Numbered from the stretch's first letter, positions 36,278 through 46,645 are shown. The stretch: 50,254 nt of DNA from Gemmatimonadales bacterium (GCA_030699545.1 JAUYMC010000128.1:1-50254), one strand, 5' to 3'. The notes: generated by a model from the sequence alone, not told the origin. A program made the numbers and translations.

Positions 36278-36867
36278 GTTGCTTGGCGGCAGGTCTCGGG
36301 GTCGCGCTGCTCAGCGGCCTCGCGGCCTGCGGGGCGGAGAGCGGCTCCGCCCGTGCGGCGCCGGCGCGAGTGATTGATAGCATCCTGCCGCGGGATGTCG
36401 CGGTGGCCCGCTTTCGCACCGGCGTGCCCGAAGTGACGGCGCTGGCGGGCGGCGCACCGACGCGCGAGGCGTTGGTGCGGCAGTTCGTGGAGGCGTTGGA
36501 ACGGCGGGACACCGCGGGGCTCCGGGAACTGCTGCTGACCCGGGCGGAATTCGCGTGGCTCTATTACCCCACCAATCCCCAGGGCCTCCCCCCCTACGAC
36601 TTGTCGCCGGGGCTGCTGTGGGAGATGTCGTCGCTCAATAGCGCAAAGGGGCTGCGCCGGGCCTTGCAAGAATTCGGCGGCACGTCACTCGGATACCAGG
36701 GGCATGTCTGCGACCCCCAAACGAGTCGTCAGGGGGCGAACACCGTGACGGGCCCGTGTACGGTCCGCCTGTTGCATGGCACGAGCGACAGAGAGGTTCG
36801 GCTGTTCGGCCTCATCGTCGAGCGCGGCGGCCGGCACAAGTTCGTCAGCTACGCCAACAAGCTGTAA
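36253..36867 (+). CDS. Small lipoprotein of unknown function
   Basis: The ATG at 36253 gives MDRLHRQLSCLAAGLGVALLSGLAAC (signal peptide plus lipobox). It overlaps the upstream gene by 25 nt. I recognise no family. Confidence 0.65.
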   Translation: MDRLHRQLSCLAAGLGVALLSGLAACGAESGSARAAPARVIDSILPRDVAVARFRTGVPEVTALAGGAPTREALVRQFVEALERRDTAGLRELLLTRAEFAWLYYPTNPQGLPPYDLSPGLLWEMSSLNSAKGLRRALQEFGGTSLGYQGHVCDPQTSRQGANTVTGPCTVRLLHGTSDREVRLFGLIVERGGRHKFVSYANKL

Positions 36868-36911
36868 GCGACACCCGGCGCCGGTTGCACGGCCGTCGTC
36901 CGGGTGCCAGG

Positions 36912-36945
36912 TAGCCGAGGCCCGCATGGCTCGGCTATCTGCTTT
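36912..36945 (+). terminator. Probable intrinsic terminator
   Basis: The stem is TAGCCGAG (36912-36919) / CTCGGCTA (36930-36937), followed by TCTGCTTTGTT. Confidence 0.5.
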
Positions 36946-36985
36946 GTTACACTCCCGTGACACTGGTGCATCGTCCCGGTGATGC
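36946..36985. promoter_or_regulatory. Candidate Pho box: GTTACAC / GTGACAC / (degenerate) / GTGATGC in 11-bp register
   Basis: GTTACAC at 36946, GTGACAC at 36957 and GTGATGC at 36979, all in 11-bp register. They lie upstream of the porin start at 37047. Confidence 0.45.
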
Positions 36986-37046
36986 GGGCTGGTGAGGTTT
37001 GGGTCGTCGGTGCAGTCCACAATTCAACCCAAGTCTTGAGGAATCC

Positions 37047-38201
37047 GTGCACGCAAGACTGCTGATGGGCGCCCTTGTGCTCGGGGCCGCCCCCGCGCTT
37101 CACGCCCAGGCCCCGAATGTCCGGGTGTCGGGCCGTATGCAGGCGCAGTACCGCCTCTCGTCCGGCGATTCGTCCGGGAACTTCAACCCCGCGCTGGTAA
37201 GTAACGGCTTCGAGATCCGCCGCCTGCGCATCCAGACCGACGTCCGGTTCGGCGACAACATGCTGGCCGTGATCCAACCCAGCTTCGAGATGGGCGGTAT
37301 CCGGATGCGGGACGCGTATCTCCGGGTCGGCCTCACGCCGCAGATCGGCGTCACGATCGGGCAGGAGAAGTCGCCGTTCCAGCGCTACGAGCTCACCAGC
37401 TCGAACACCCTTCCGTCCGTCGAGCGCGGCGTCCGGATCCTGCGGCTGTCGGGTCGCGAAGGCTTGAACGACCTGCTCGCCACCAACGGCTACGCCTCAC
37501 ACGACCTCGGCGCCTTCATGGACTGGACCGGCCCCGAGAACCGGTTCAGCATCAAGCTCGGCGTGCAGAACGGCTCGCGCGAGAGCACGGCCGACGTGAA
37601 CAGCGCCAAGAGCTTCTTCGGCCGCGCCACGGCGACGCTCACAACCAACGCCGCCGACCAGCCCATGCTGCAGGTGGGTGTCTCGCTGGCCGCGCGCGAC
37701 CGCGCCATCTGCTCGACTTGCACCGGCACGATCGCCTACTACGCCGACTCGTCCAAGACGACGACGGCGTTCGGACTCGACCTCGAATGGGGCGGCTTCC
37801 GGCCCGGCTTCCACGTGATCGCCGACTTTGCCACGGGCGACAACGTCCCTGCCGCCAACCGCGTAGCCTCGGGCCGCAACACGGCGAACCTGCGGACCGC
37901 GGCCGACAGCGCGCTGCGGACGTTCATGGGGTTCTCGCTGATCGGCGCCTACCGCGTCAACACCGCGGGCGCCGACACACGCCTCGTGAAATTCTTCGAG
38001 CCCGCGCTGCGGGTGGACTATCTGGACCCCGACACCGATACCGGAGACAATGAAGGAGTCCTGATTACGCCCGCGCTCAGCATCTACTTCGGCAACACCG
38101 TCGTGCTGCGCGCGGGGTTCGATTTCTACAGCTACAGGGACGCCACCGGCACGAGCCGGTCAGCCAAGGAGATCAAGTTCTCCTGGCAGGCGAACTTTTA
38201 A
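37047..38201 (+). CDS. oprP: Phosphate-selective porin (OprO/OprP family)
   Basis: The GTG at 37047 is preceded by GAGGAA. The signal peptide is ...LGAAPALHAQ. FEIRRLRIQTDVRFGDNMLAVIQPSFEMGGIRMRDAYLRVGLTPQIGVTIGQEKSPFQRYELTSSNTLPSVERG matches the Porin_O_P pattern. Confidence 0.85.
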   Translation: MHARLLMGALVLGAAPALHAQAPNVRVSGRMQAQYRLSSGDSSGNFNPALVSNGFEIRRLRIQTDVRFGDNMLAVIQPSFEMGGIRMRDAYLRVGLTPQIGVTIGQEKSPFQRYELTSSNTLPSVERGVRILRLSGREGLNDLLATNGYASHDLGAFMDWTGPENRFSIKLGVQNGSRESTADVNSAKSFFGRATATLTTNAADQPMLQVGVSLAARDRAICSTCTGTIAYYADSSKTTTAFGLDLEWGGFRPGFHVIADFATGDNVPAANRVASGRNTANLRTAADSALRTFMGFSLIGAYRVNTAGADTRLVKFFEPALRVDYLDPDTDTGDNEGVLITPALSIYFGNTVVLRAGFDFYSYRDATGTSRSAKEIKFSWQANF

Positions 38202-38212
38202 GGAGGCTAACC

Positions 38213-39283
38213 GTGAATCGCAGACTGCTCATCACGATCGGTATCGCCGGGGCGCTGGCCTGCGCCCCGCCACCCCCGGTTGCGGCGCAGGTGCGCCTCA
38301 ACGGCGCGGGCGCCACGTTTCCGAACATCATCTATCAGAACTGGATCCTGACGTACAATCAGAAGTTCGACAATGTCGAGATCAACTATCAGTCCATCGG
38401 CTCAGGCGGCGGCATCCGCCAGTTCTCCGAGAAGACGGTCGATTTTGGCGGCAGCGACGCGCCGATGACCGACTCGGCCATCGCGGCGATCGACGGCAAC
38501 GTCCTCCACATCCCCACCGTGCTGGGCGCGGTGGTCGCGACGTACAACCTTCCCGGCCTCGCGCAGGCGGTGCGGTTCACGCCCGACGTGCTCGCTGACA
38601 TCTTCCTCGGCAAGATCACGAACTGGAGCGACGCGCGGCTCACGAGCATCAACCCCGGCGTCACCCTCCCCAATCAGGACATCATCGTCGTGCACCGCTC
38701 CGACGGCTCCGGCACGACGTACGTCTGGGTCGATTACCTGACCAAAGTCAGCCCCGAATGGGCGCGCCGTGTCGGCCGGGGGACGTCCGTGAACTGGCCC
38801 GTCGGCCTCGGCGGCCGCGGCAACGAAGGCGTGACCGCGACCACCCGGCAGACGCCGGGCGCGATCGGCTACGTCGAGCTGGGCTATGCCTTGATCAACA
38901 AGATGCCGGTCGGTGTCGTCCGCAATAAATCGGGCAACTGGATCACGCCGAGCCTCGAGTCGGTGACGGCCGCGGCGGCGGGGGCGATGCGGGACATGGG
39001 CTCCGATACGGACTTCCGCGTGTCGATTACCGATCCGAGCGGCGCACAGGCGTATCCGATCGCCAGCTTCACCTGGCTGCTGGTCCGCAAGCAGTATCCC
39101 GACGCGGCGAAGTCCCGCGAGTTGGTCACGTTCGTCTGGTGGGCCCTGACCGACGGTCAGGCAAAGGCTGCGGGCCTCGGCTACGCGCCGCTGCCCGCCG
39201 CGCTGCGCCCGTGGATCCAGGCCAGGCTCACGACGATCACCGCCGGCGGGCGTCCCGTCTGGACCGGACCCTCGACCCGGTGA
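38213..39283 (+). CDS. pstS: Phosphate ABC transporter substrate-binding protein
   Basis: The GTG start lies 7 nt after AAGGAGG and 11 nt after the porin stop. It shows NGAGATFP, YQSIGSGGGI, HRSDGSGTT and GAIGYVE. Confidence 0.95.
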   Translation: MNRRLLITIGIAGALACAPPPPVAAQVRLNGAGATFPNIIYQNWILTYNQKFDNVEINYQSIGSGGGIRQFSEKTVDFGGSDAPMTDSAIAAIDGNVLHIPTVLGAVVATYNLPGLAQAVRFTPDVLADIFLGKITNWSDARLTSINPGVTLPNQDIIVVHRSDGSGTTYVWVDYLTKVSPEWARRVGRGTSVNWPVGLGGRGNEGVTATTRQTPGAIGYVELGYALINKMPVGVVRNKSGNWITPSLESVTAAAAGAMRDMGSDTDFRVSITDPSGAQAYPIASFTWLLVRKQYPDAAKSRELVTFVWWALTDGQAKAAGLGYAPLPAALRPWIQARLTTITAGGRPVWTGPSTR

Positions 39284-39290
39284 CGCGGTA

Positions 39291-39341
39291 GCCGGTCTCA
39301 CCGGCATCCCCCACCCCCCGTCGCCGGGCGGCGGGGGGGGG
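39291..39341 (+). other. Two GC-rich hairpins in the pstS-pstC intergenic region
   Basis: The first is GCCGGT-CTC-ACCGGC (39291-39305). The second is CCCCCCGTCGCC / GGCGGCGGGGGG (about 39314-39341; one G-U pair and one mismatch). Neither is followed by a U-tract. Confidence 0.5.
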
Positions 39342-39355
39342 CCGTTCCCGGCGCG

Positions 39356-39384
39356 GTGACACATCCGTTACACAATCGTGACGG
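39356..39384. promoter_or_regulatory. Candidate Pho box: GTGACAC-ATCC-GTTACAC-AATC-GTGACGG
   Basis: Three 7-mers with 4-nt spacers sit at 39356, 39367 and 39378. TACAAT at 39404-39409 lies 7 nt before the pstC ATG at 39417. Confidence 0.5.
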
Positions 39385-39416
39385 ACAGCCTCGCTGGGGC
39401 GGATACAATTCCGCCG

Positions 39417-40376
39417 ATGTCGAGTCCCGAGCCTCGCTGGACGCTGCGCGGACCCAATACGGGAGACCGCGCCTACCGGGTGGTGCTGACGGGACTGGCG
39501 CTCGTGTTGCCGCTGCTGATTCTCGTGCTGTTCGCGCAGCTCGTCGTCAGCGCCCTCCCGGCGATCGCGAAGTTCGGACCGTCATTCCTGTGGACGTCCA
39601 CATGGGATCCCGTCGCGGAAGTCTACGGCGCGGCGCCGATGATCTTCGGCACGCTGGCGTCGTCGTTCCTGGCGCTGCTCATCGCGATCCCGCTGGCGGT
39701 GGGGGTCGCGATCTTCCTGACCGAGTTCGCCCCCCGCTGGCTGCGCCAACCCGTGGCCTTCCTGGTCGAGCTGCTCGCCGCGATTCCCAGCGTGGTCTAC
39801 GGACTGTGGGGGATTTTTGTCCTTATTCCGTTTCTGCGCGCGCACGTCGTCCCGCCGCTAAAGGCCGTGCTCGGCTGGACGCCGTTCTTCCAGGGCGCCT
39901 TCTACGGGAACTCCCTCCTCGCCGGCGGAATCATCCTCGCGATCATGGTGGTGCCGTACATCGCGGCCGTGTCGCGGGAAGTGCTGCTCGCGGTGCCCTC
40001 CAGCCAGCGCGAAGCGGCGCTCGCGATGGGCGCCACGCGCTGGGAAGCGGTGCGGTCCGCGGTCCTTCCCTACGGCCGGGCCGGCATCATCGGCGCGATC
40101 ATCCTGGGGCTCGGCCGCTCGCTCGGCGAGACGATGGCGGTCACGATGGTCATCGGCAATCGCCACGACATTGGACTGTCCGCGCTCCAGCCGGCGTACA
40201 CGATGGCGGCGGCCATCGCGAACGAGTTCACCGAGGCCACGACCGACATGTATCTCTCGGCGCTGTTTGAAGTCGGCCTGATTCTGTTCATCATCACGGT
40301 AGCGGTGAACGCGCTGGCGCGGCTGCTCATCTGGCGCGTCGCGCGCGGGGCGGCCGTGGGGAGCCGCGCGCTATGA
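39417..40376 (+). CDS. pstC: Phosphate ABC transporter permease PstC
   Basis: ORF 39378..40376. The ATG at 39417 is preferred because the GTG at 39378 is the third repeat of the array. It is polytopic and carries the EAA-type loop SQREAALAMGATRWEAV. Confidence 0.9.
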   Translation: MSSPEPRWTLRGPNTGDRAYRVVLTGLALVLPLLILVLFAQLVVSALPAIAKFGPSFLWTSTWDPVAEVYGAAPMIFGTLASSFLALLIAIPLAVGVAIFLTEFAPRWLRQPVAFLVELLAAIPSVVYGLWGIFVLIPFLRAHVVPPLKAVLGWTPFFQGAFYGNSLLAGGIILAIMVVPYIAAVSREVLLAVPSSQREAALAMGATRWEAVRSAVLPYGRAGIIGAIILGLGRSLGETMAVTMVIGNRHDIGLSALQPAYTMAAAIANEFTEATTDMYLSALFEVGLILFIITVAVNALARLLIWRVARGAAVGSRAL

Positions 40377-41227
40377 GCATGCCCGCGCGCCAGGTCCGCC
40401 GCCATGCGGTGAACGGGCTCATGACCGGGCTGATCGCGATGCTCTCGGCACTCGCGGTGCTCGCGCTCGTCCTGATTCTCGGCGATCTCATCCTCAAGGG
40501 GGCGTCGTCGCTCAACTGGGCGTTCTTCACGGAGAACCCGGTGCCGGCCGGTGAAACCGGTGGCGGGGTCGCGCACGCGATCGTCGGAACCGCGATCGTC
40601 GTGGGCTTCGCCGCCCTCATCGGCCTGCCGGTCGGCATCGGCGCGGGGTTGTATCTGGCCGAGTTCGGGACGGGGCGTCTGGGATTCTTCGTGCGCTTCG
40701 TCGCGGACGTGCTCAACGGGACGCCGTCCATCGTCGTCGGCATTTTCGCCTGGACCTGGATGGTGAAGCCGGTCGGGCGCTTTTCCGCGCTCGCGGGCAG
40801 CGCCGCGCTCGCCATCCTGATGATCCCGATGATCGCGCGCACGACGGAGGAGATGGTGCGCCTGGTCCCGCATTCCTTACGCGAAGCGGCCCTCGCCCTC
40901 GGCTATCCGCGCTGGCGGACGTCGCTCCGGATCGTGGCCCGCACCGCGCTCGGCGGCATCGTCACCGGCTGCCTGGTCGGCATCGCGCGCGTCGCCGGGG
41001 AGACGGCGCCGCTGCTGTTCACCGCGCTGGGCAACCTGAACTTCTCGGTGTCGCCCACACACCCGATGCAAACGCTGTCGCTCCAGATCTACGTGTACGC
41101 GACCGGTCCATTCGACGAGTGGCACCGCTTGGCGTGGGCGTCGGCGCTTGTGCTGATGGGGCTCGTGCTGCTGCTCGCGATCGCGGCCCGCTGGGTCACG
41201 AGGCAACGGTATGGGACCGGGCGCTAA
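40373..41227 (+). CDS. pstA: Phosphate ABC transporter permease PstA
   Basis: Its start overlaps the pstC stop (ATGA). It is polytopic, with [16 protein letters not shown]. Confidence 0.9.
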   Translation: MSMPARQVRRHAVNGLMTGLIAMLSALAVLALVLILGDLILKGASSLNWAFFTENPVPAGETGGGVAHAIVGTAIVVGFAALIGLPVGIGAGLYLAEFGTGRLGFFVRFVADVLNGTPSIVVGIFAWTWMVKPVGRFSALAGSAALAILMIPMIARTTEEMVRLVPHSLREAALALGYPRWRTSLRIVARTALGGIVTGCLVGIARVAGETAPLLFTALGNLNFSVSPTHPMQTLSLQIYVYATGPFDEWHRLAWASALVLMGLVLLLAIAARWVTRQRYGTGR

Positions 41228-41987
41228 CGCGCGCCTGCGGCTCGAGACGGTCCGGCTGACCGCGTTGTTCAACGGCCAGCCGGCGGTGCGGGACGTCTCG
41301 CTCCTGTTTCCGGCGCACACGGTGACGGCGATCATCGGCCCGTCCGGCTGCGGCAAGAGCACGTTCCTGCGCTGCCTGAACCGCATGCACGAGCTTTCGG
41401 CGGGCGGCACCGTGCAGGGTCAGGTGCTGCTCGACGAGGTCGACATTTACGCTCGCGACGTCAATCCGGTCGAGCTGCGACGCCGCATCGGCATGGTGTT
41501 CCAGCGGCCAACGCCGTTCCCCACCATGTCGATTTACGACAATGTGGCCGCCGGCCTGCGGGTGAACGGCCGCCGGTCGCGCAGCGATCTCGACACCGCC
41601 GTGGAGCGCGCCCTCGGTCAGGCCGCGCTCTGGGACGAAGTGCGGGACCGGCTGCACACCAGCGCGCTGGAATTGTCGGGCGGCCAACAGCAGCGGTTGT
41701 GCATCGCCCGCGCCATCGCGCCGCAACCGGAGATCCTGCTGCTCGACGAGCCGACGGCCTCGCTCGATCCGGCAGGGACGCAGCGCATCGAGGAGCTGTG
41801 CCACGCGCTGAAGCGGCATTATACGATCGTGATCGTCACCCACAACCTGCAGCAGGCCGCGCGGGTCTCCGACTATACGGCGTTCTTCTATCTGGGCCGG
41901 ATGATCGAGGTGGGGCGCACGGGCGAGCTGTTCACCAAGCCGCAGGTCGAGCAGACCGAGGCGTACATCACGGGCCGGTTCGGATGA
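41211..41987 (+). CDS. pstB: Phosphate ABC transporter ATP-binding protein (copy 1)
   Basis: [17 protein letters not shown] (Walker A), [26 protein letters not shown] and the C-terminal YITGRFG. Confidence 0.95.
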   Translation: MGPGANARLRLETVRLTALFNGQPAVRDVSLLFPAHTVTAIIGPSGCGKSTFLRCLNRMHELSAGGTVQGQVLLDEVDIYARDVNPVELRRRIGMVFQRPTPFPTMSIYDNVAAGLRVNGRRSRSDLDTAVERALGQAALWDEVRDRLHTSALELSGGQQQRLCIARAIAPQPEILLLDEPTASLDPAGTQRIEELCHALKRHYTIVIVTHNLQQAARVSDYTAFFYLGRMIEVGRTGELFTKPQVEQTEAYITGRFG

Positions 41988-42748
41988 GCGCGCATCATCC
42001 CGTCCTGCAGTCGCTCGCCTACAACTTCTGGTACGGCGCCACGCAGGCCCTGTACGGAATCGATCTGGCGGTTCCCCGCCACGCCGTCACCGCCTTGATC
42101 GGCCCGTCGGGATGCGGCAAAACGACGTTCCTGCGGTCGATCAACCGGCTGCACGACCTGACGCCGGGAGCGCGGCACACGGGCGACATTCGCCTGGAAG
42201 ACACGTCGGTCTTCGCGTCGCGATCCGACCCCGTGACGCTGCGGCGCCGCGTCGGCATGGTGTTCCAGCGTCCCAATCCGTTCCCCAAGACGGTGTACGA
42301 CAACGTCGCGTACGGCCCCCGGCTCAACGCGCTGGCGCCCGACCGCGAGCTGCCCGACCGGGTGGAGCGCGCGCTGCGCCGGGCGGCGCTGTGGGACGAG
42401 GTGCGCGACCGGTTGCGGGAGCCCGGGACGTCGCTGTCCGGTGGACAACAGCAGCGCCTGTGCATCGCGCGCGCGCTCGCGAACGAGCCCGACGTGCTGC
42501 TGATGGACGAGCCCTGCTCCGCGCTCGACCCGATCGCGACGCAGCGGATCGAAGAGCTCATCGTCGAGCTCAAGCAGTCGTACACGATCGTGATCGTGAC
42601 GCACAACATGCAGCAGGCCGCGCGCGTCTCCGACTACACGGGATTCTTTTACCTGGGACGGCTCGTCGAATTCGGGCAGACCGAGCAGGTCTTCACCCGG
42701 CCCGCCGACGAGCGGACCGAAGCCTACATCACGGGGAGATTCGGATGA
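41984..42748 (+). CDS. pstB: Phosphate ABC transporter ATP-binding protein (copy 2)
   Basis: The real start is ATG 41984 (ATGA overlap) within ORF 41699..42748. It shows [43 protein letters not shown] and YITGRFG. Confidence 0.95.
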   Translation: MSAHHPVLQSLAYNFWYGATQALYGIDLAVPRHAVTALIGPSGCGKTTFLRSINRLHDLTPGARHTGDIRLEDTSVFASRSDPVTLRRRVGMVFQRPNPFPKTVYDNVAYGPRLNALAPDRELPDRVERALRRAALWDEVRDRLREPGTSLSGGQQQRLCIARALANEPDVLLMDEPCSALDPIATQRIEELIVELKQSYTIVIVTHNMQQAARVSDYTGFFYLGRLVEFGQTEQVFTRPADERTEAYITGRFG

Positions 42749-43431
42749 GCGGCACGAACCCGACGCACCGCCACTTCCACGAGGAGCTGTCCGCGCTGAA
42801 AGTCACGCTGCTCAACATGTCGGCCGCCGCCCAGGCCGCGCTCGCCGCCGCGGTCGAGGCGGTGTTGCAGCGGGACGACACCAAGGCGCGCGCCGTCATC
42901 GCGGGCGATGCCGACATCGACCACCTCGAGACGGAAGTCGAAGAGACCGTGATCCGGCTGCTCGCCACACAGCAGCCGATGGCGCGCGACCTGCGGTTCC
43001 TCATGGCGGCGATGAAGATCGCCAACGACCTCGAGCGCGTGGGCGATCATGCCGTGAACATCGCCCAATCGGCGGAACGGCTGCTCGCGTCGCGACTCAT
43101 CGTCCCCGTCCCCGAGCTGCTGGAGATGGCGCGACAGGCGCGCATGATGCTCGCCGACGCCCTCGATGCCGTCGTGCGCGGCGACCCGCAGGCGGCGCGC
43201 GCCATTTGCCGTCGCGACGACAGCGTGGACGCCCTGCATCAATCCATGTTTCGTATTCTGCTGACGCACATGATGGAAGACCCGCACATCATCGGGACCG
43301 CCATGGAGCTCTTCCTCGTGAGCCGGAATCTCGAGCGGGTCGCGGACCTCGCCACCAATATCGCCGAGGACGTCGTGTTCATGGTCGAAGGGAAGTCGAT
43401 CAAGCATCACGCCGAAGACCGGCCCGCCTAG
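42745..43431 (+). CDS. phoU: Phosphate signalling complex protein PhoU
   Basis: The real start is ATG 42745 (ATGA overlap). It shows [20 protein letters not shown] and [28 protein letters not shown], with a second repeat ending [16 protein letters not shown]. Confidence 0.95.
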   Translation: MSGTNPTHRHFHEELSALKVTLLNMSAAAQAALAAAVEAVLQRDDTKARAVIAGDADIDHLETEVEETVIRLLATQQPMARDLRFLMAAMKIANDLERVGDHAVNIAQSAERLLASRLIVPVPELLEMARQARMMLADALDAVVRGDPQAARAICRRDDSVDALHQSMFRILLTHMMEDPHIIGTAMELFLVSRNLERVADLATNIAEDVVFMVEGKSIKHHAEDRPA

Positions 43432-43820
43432 TGCCCACGATCCTGTTCCTCTGCGTTGCCAACGCGGGGCGCAGCCAGATGGCCGAAGGCCTGGCGCGCA
43501 CCATGGCGCCGGACGGGTACCAGTTCGTGAGCGCCGGATCCGATCCGGGAACCCTGAACCCGCTCGCCGTGCAGGCACTGGCCGAGCTCCACATCGACAT
43601 CCGCCACCATCGCGCCAAGGGGATCGACACGATTGACCTCGATACCGTCGACACGGTCGTGACCCTCTGCGCCGAGGAGGTGTGTCCGGTCGTGCCGGGC
43701 ACCGTGCAGCGCCTGCACTGGCCACTGCCCGACCCGAAAGACCTGGCGAGCTTCCGCGCGATTCGGGACGAGCTGCGGCGGCGGCTACCGACGTTGTGGG
43801 ATCAGCCGAACGTGCGGTAG
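43431..43820 (+). CDS. arsC: ArsC-type (thioredoxin-coupled, LMW-PTP fold) arsenate reductase / low-molecular-weight phosphatase
   Basis: The GTG at 43431 shares its G with the phoU TAG. ILFLCVANAGRSQMAEG is the CX5R(S) P-loop. It also shows SAGSDPG, NPLAVQAL, VVTLCAEEVCP (second Cys pair) and HWPLPDP. By eye it aligns well with Bacillus-type ArsC. Confidence 0.75.
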   Translation: MPTILFLCVANAGRSQMAEGLARTMAPDGYQFVSAGSDPGTLNPLAVQALAELHIDIRHHRAKGIDTIDLDTVDTVVTLCAEEVCPVVPGTVQRLHWPLPDPKDLASFRAIRDELRRRLPTLWDQPNVR

Positions 43821-44575
43821 CGGTAGTACCCCGCCGGCGGCGTGGGCCGCCGCCGGAGCACGTCTTCCGAGACGAACAGACGGACGAGCACGAGCCCGAG
43901 CACAAACCCGCCGAGATGCGCGAAGAACGCGACCCCACCCCGGTCGAGCTCCGCGAGGCTGCCCGCCCCGCCCACCAGCTGCAACAGCGCCCAGTAGCCC
44001 AGCATCACATAGGCGGGCAGGGCCACCGACGTGATGTAGATGGGGAGAATGATCAGCGTGTGCACGCGCACGCGTGGATAGAGCAGGAGGTATGCGCCCA
44101 ACACGCCGCTGATGGCTCCCGACGCACCCACCATCGGGACGAGTGAGTCGGTGTTGAGCGCCATCTGCGCCGCGGCGGCGGCTACGCCACACAGGAGGTA
44201 GAAGACGACGAACTTCACGTGGCCCATGGCGTCCTCGATGTTGTTTCCGAACACCCAGAGAAACACCATGTTGCCGATCAGGTGAAACCACCCCCCGTGG
44301 GCGAACATCGACGTCAGCACCGTCCAGTAGCCCGGCGCCACGTCCACCAAACAGTACCGGCCGGGCGCCAGCTCGATGCCGCTGCCGGGCGGGGCCGTGC
44401 CCAGCACTTCCCCGGGAATGAGGCCGAGCGCGCAGACCGACCGGACCAACTGCTCGCCGCTCCCCGCCCCCTGCACCAACACCCAGACCAGCACGTTGAG
44501 AACGATGAAGCCAACGGTGATGATCGGCGGCCGAACGGTCGGATTCTCGTCTTTATAAGGAAACATTCGCCTCAA
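43802..44575 (-). CDS. Rhomboid-family intramembrane serine protease
   Basis: It shows FAHGGWFHLIGNMVFLWVFG, GASGAISGVLGAY (catalytic Ser) and AHLGGFVLG (catalytic His). The start is TTG 44575 or ATG 44566. Its 3' end overlaps arsC by 19 nt (convergent). Confidence 0.9.
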   Translation of the reverse strand: MRRMFPYKDENPTVRPPIITVGFIVLNVLVWVLVQGAGSGEQLVRSVCALGLIPGEVLGTAPPGSGIELAPGRYCLVDVAPGYWTVLTSMFAHGGWFHLIGNMVFLWVFGNNIEDAMGHVKFVVFYLLCGVAAAAAQMALNTDSLVPMVGASGAISGVLGAYLLLYPRVRVHTLIILPIYITSVALPAYVMLGYWALLQLVGGAGSLAELDRGGVAFFAHLGGFVLGLVLVRLFVSEDVLRRRPTPPAGYYRYRTFG

Positions 44576-44627
44576 TCTACCCGTCTGGCGCTGGAGCCGT
44601 AGACGCTGCCTTTTTGGCAGCGAAAAC

Positions 44628-44643
44628 GGGCACGATGCTTGCT
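44628..44643 (+). promoter_or_regulatory. Sigma-54-type -24/-12 promoter candidate (GGGCACGATGCTTGCT)
   Basis: GGCACG-ATGC-TTGCT matches TGGCACG-N4-TTGCW at every position except the leading T. It lies in the intergenic region, in the correct orientation, about 56 nt upstream of the dnaK ATG. Confidence 0.4.
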
Positions 44644-44698
44644 CGATGCGACGGGTGGTCAGCGGTCCGCATCAATTCCCTACCAGGAGCTTTGCGTT

Positions 44699-46645
<1,947 letters not shown>

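Noticed and set aside
44576-44698. CIRCE (HrcA operator) or a sigma-32 heat-shock promoter upstream of dnaK.
   Set aside because: There is no TTAGCACTC-N9-GAGTGCTAA-like inverted repeat. The only CTTG...CCGCAT pair is separated by about 22 nt, far from the 13-15 nt expected for a sigma-32 promoter.
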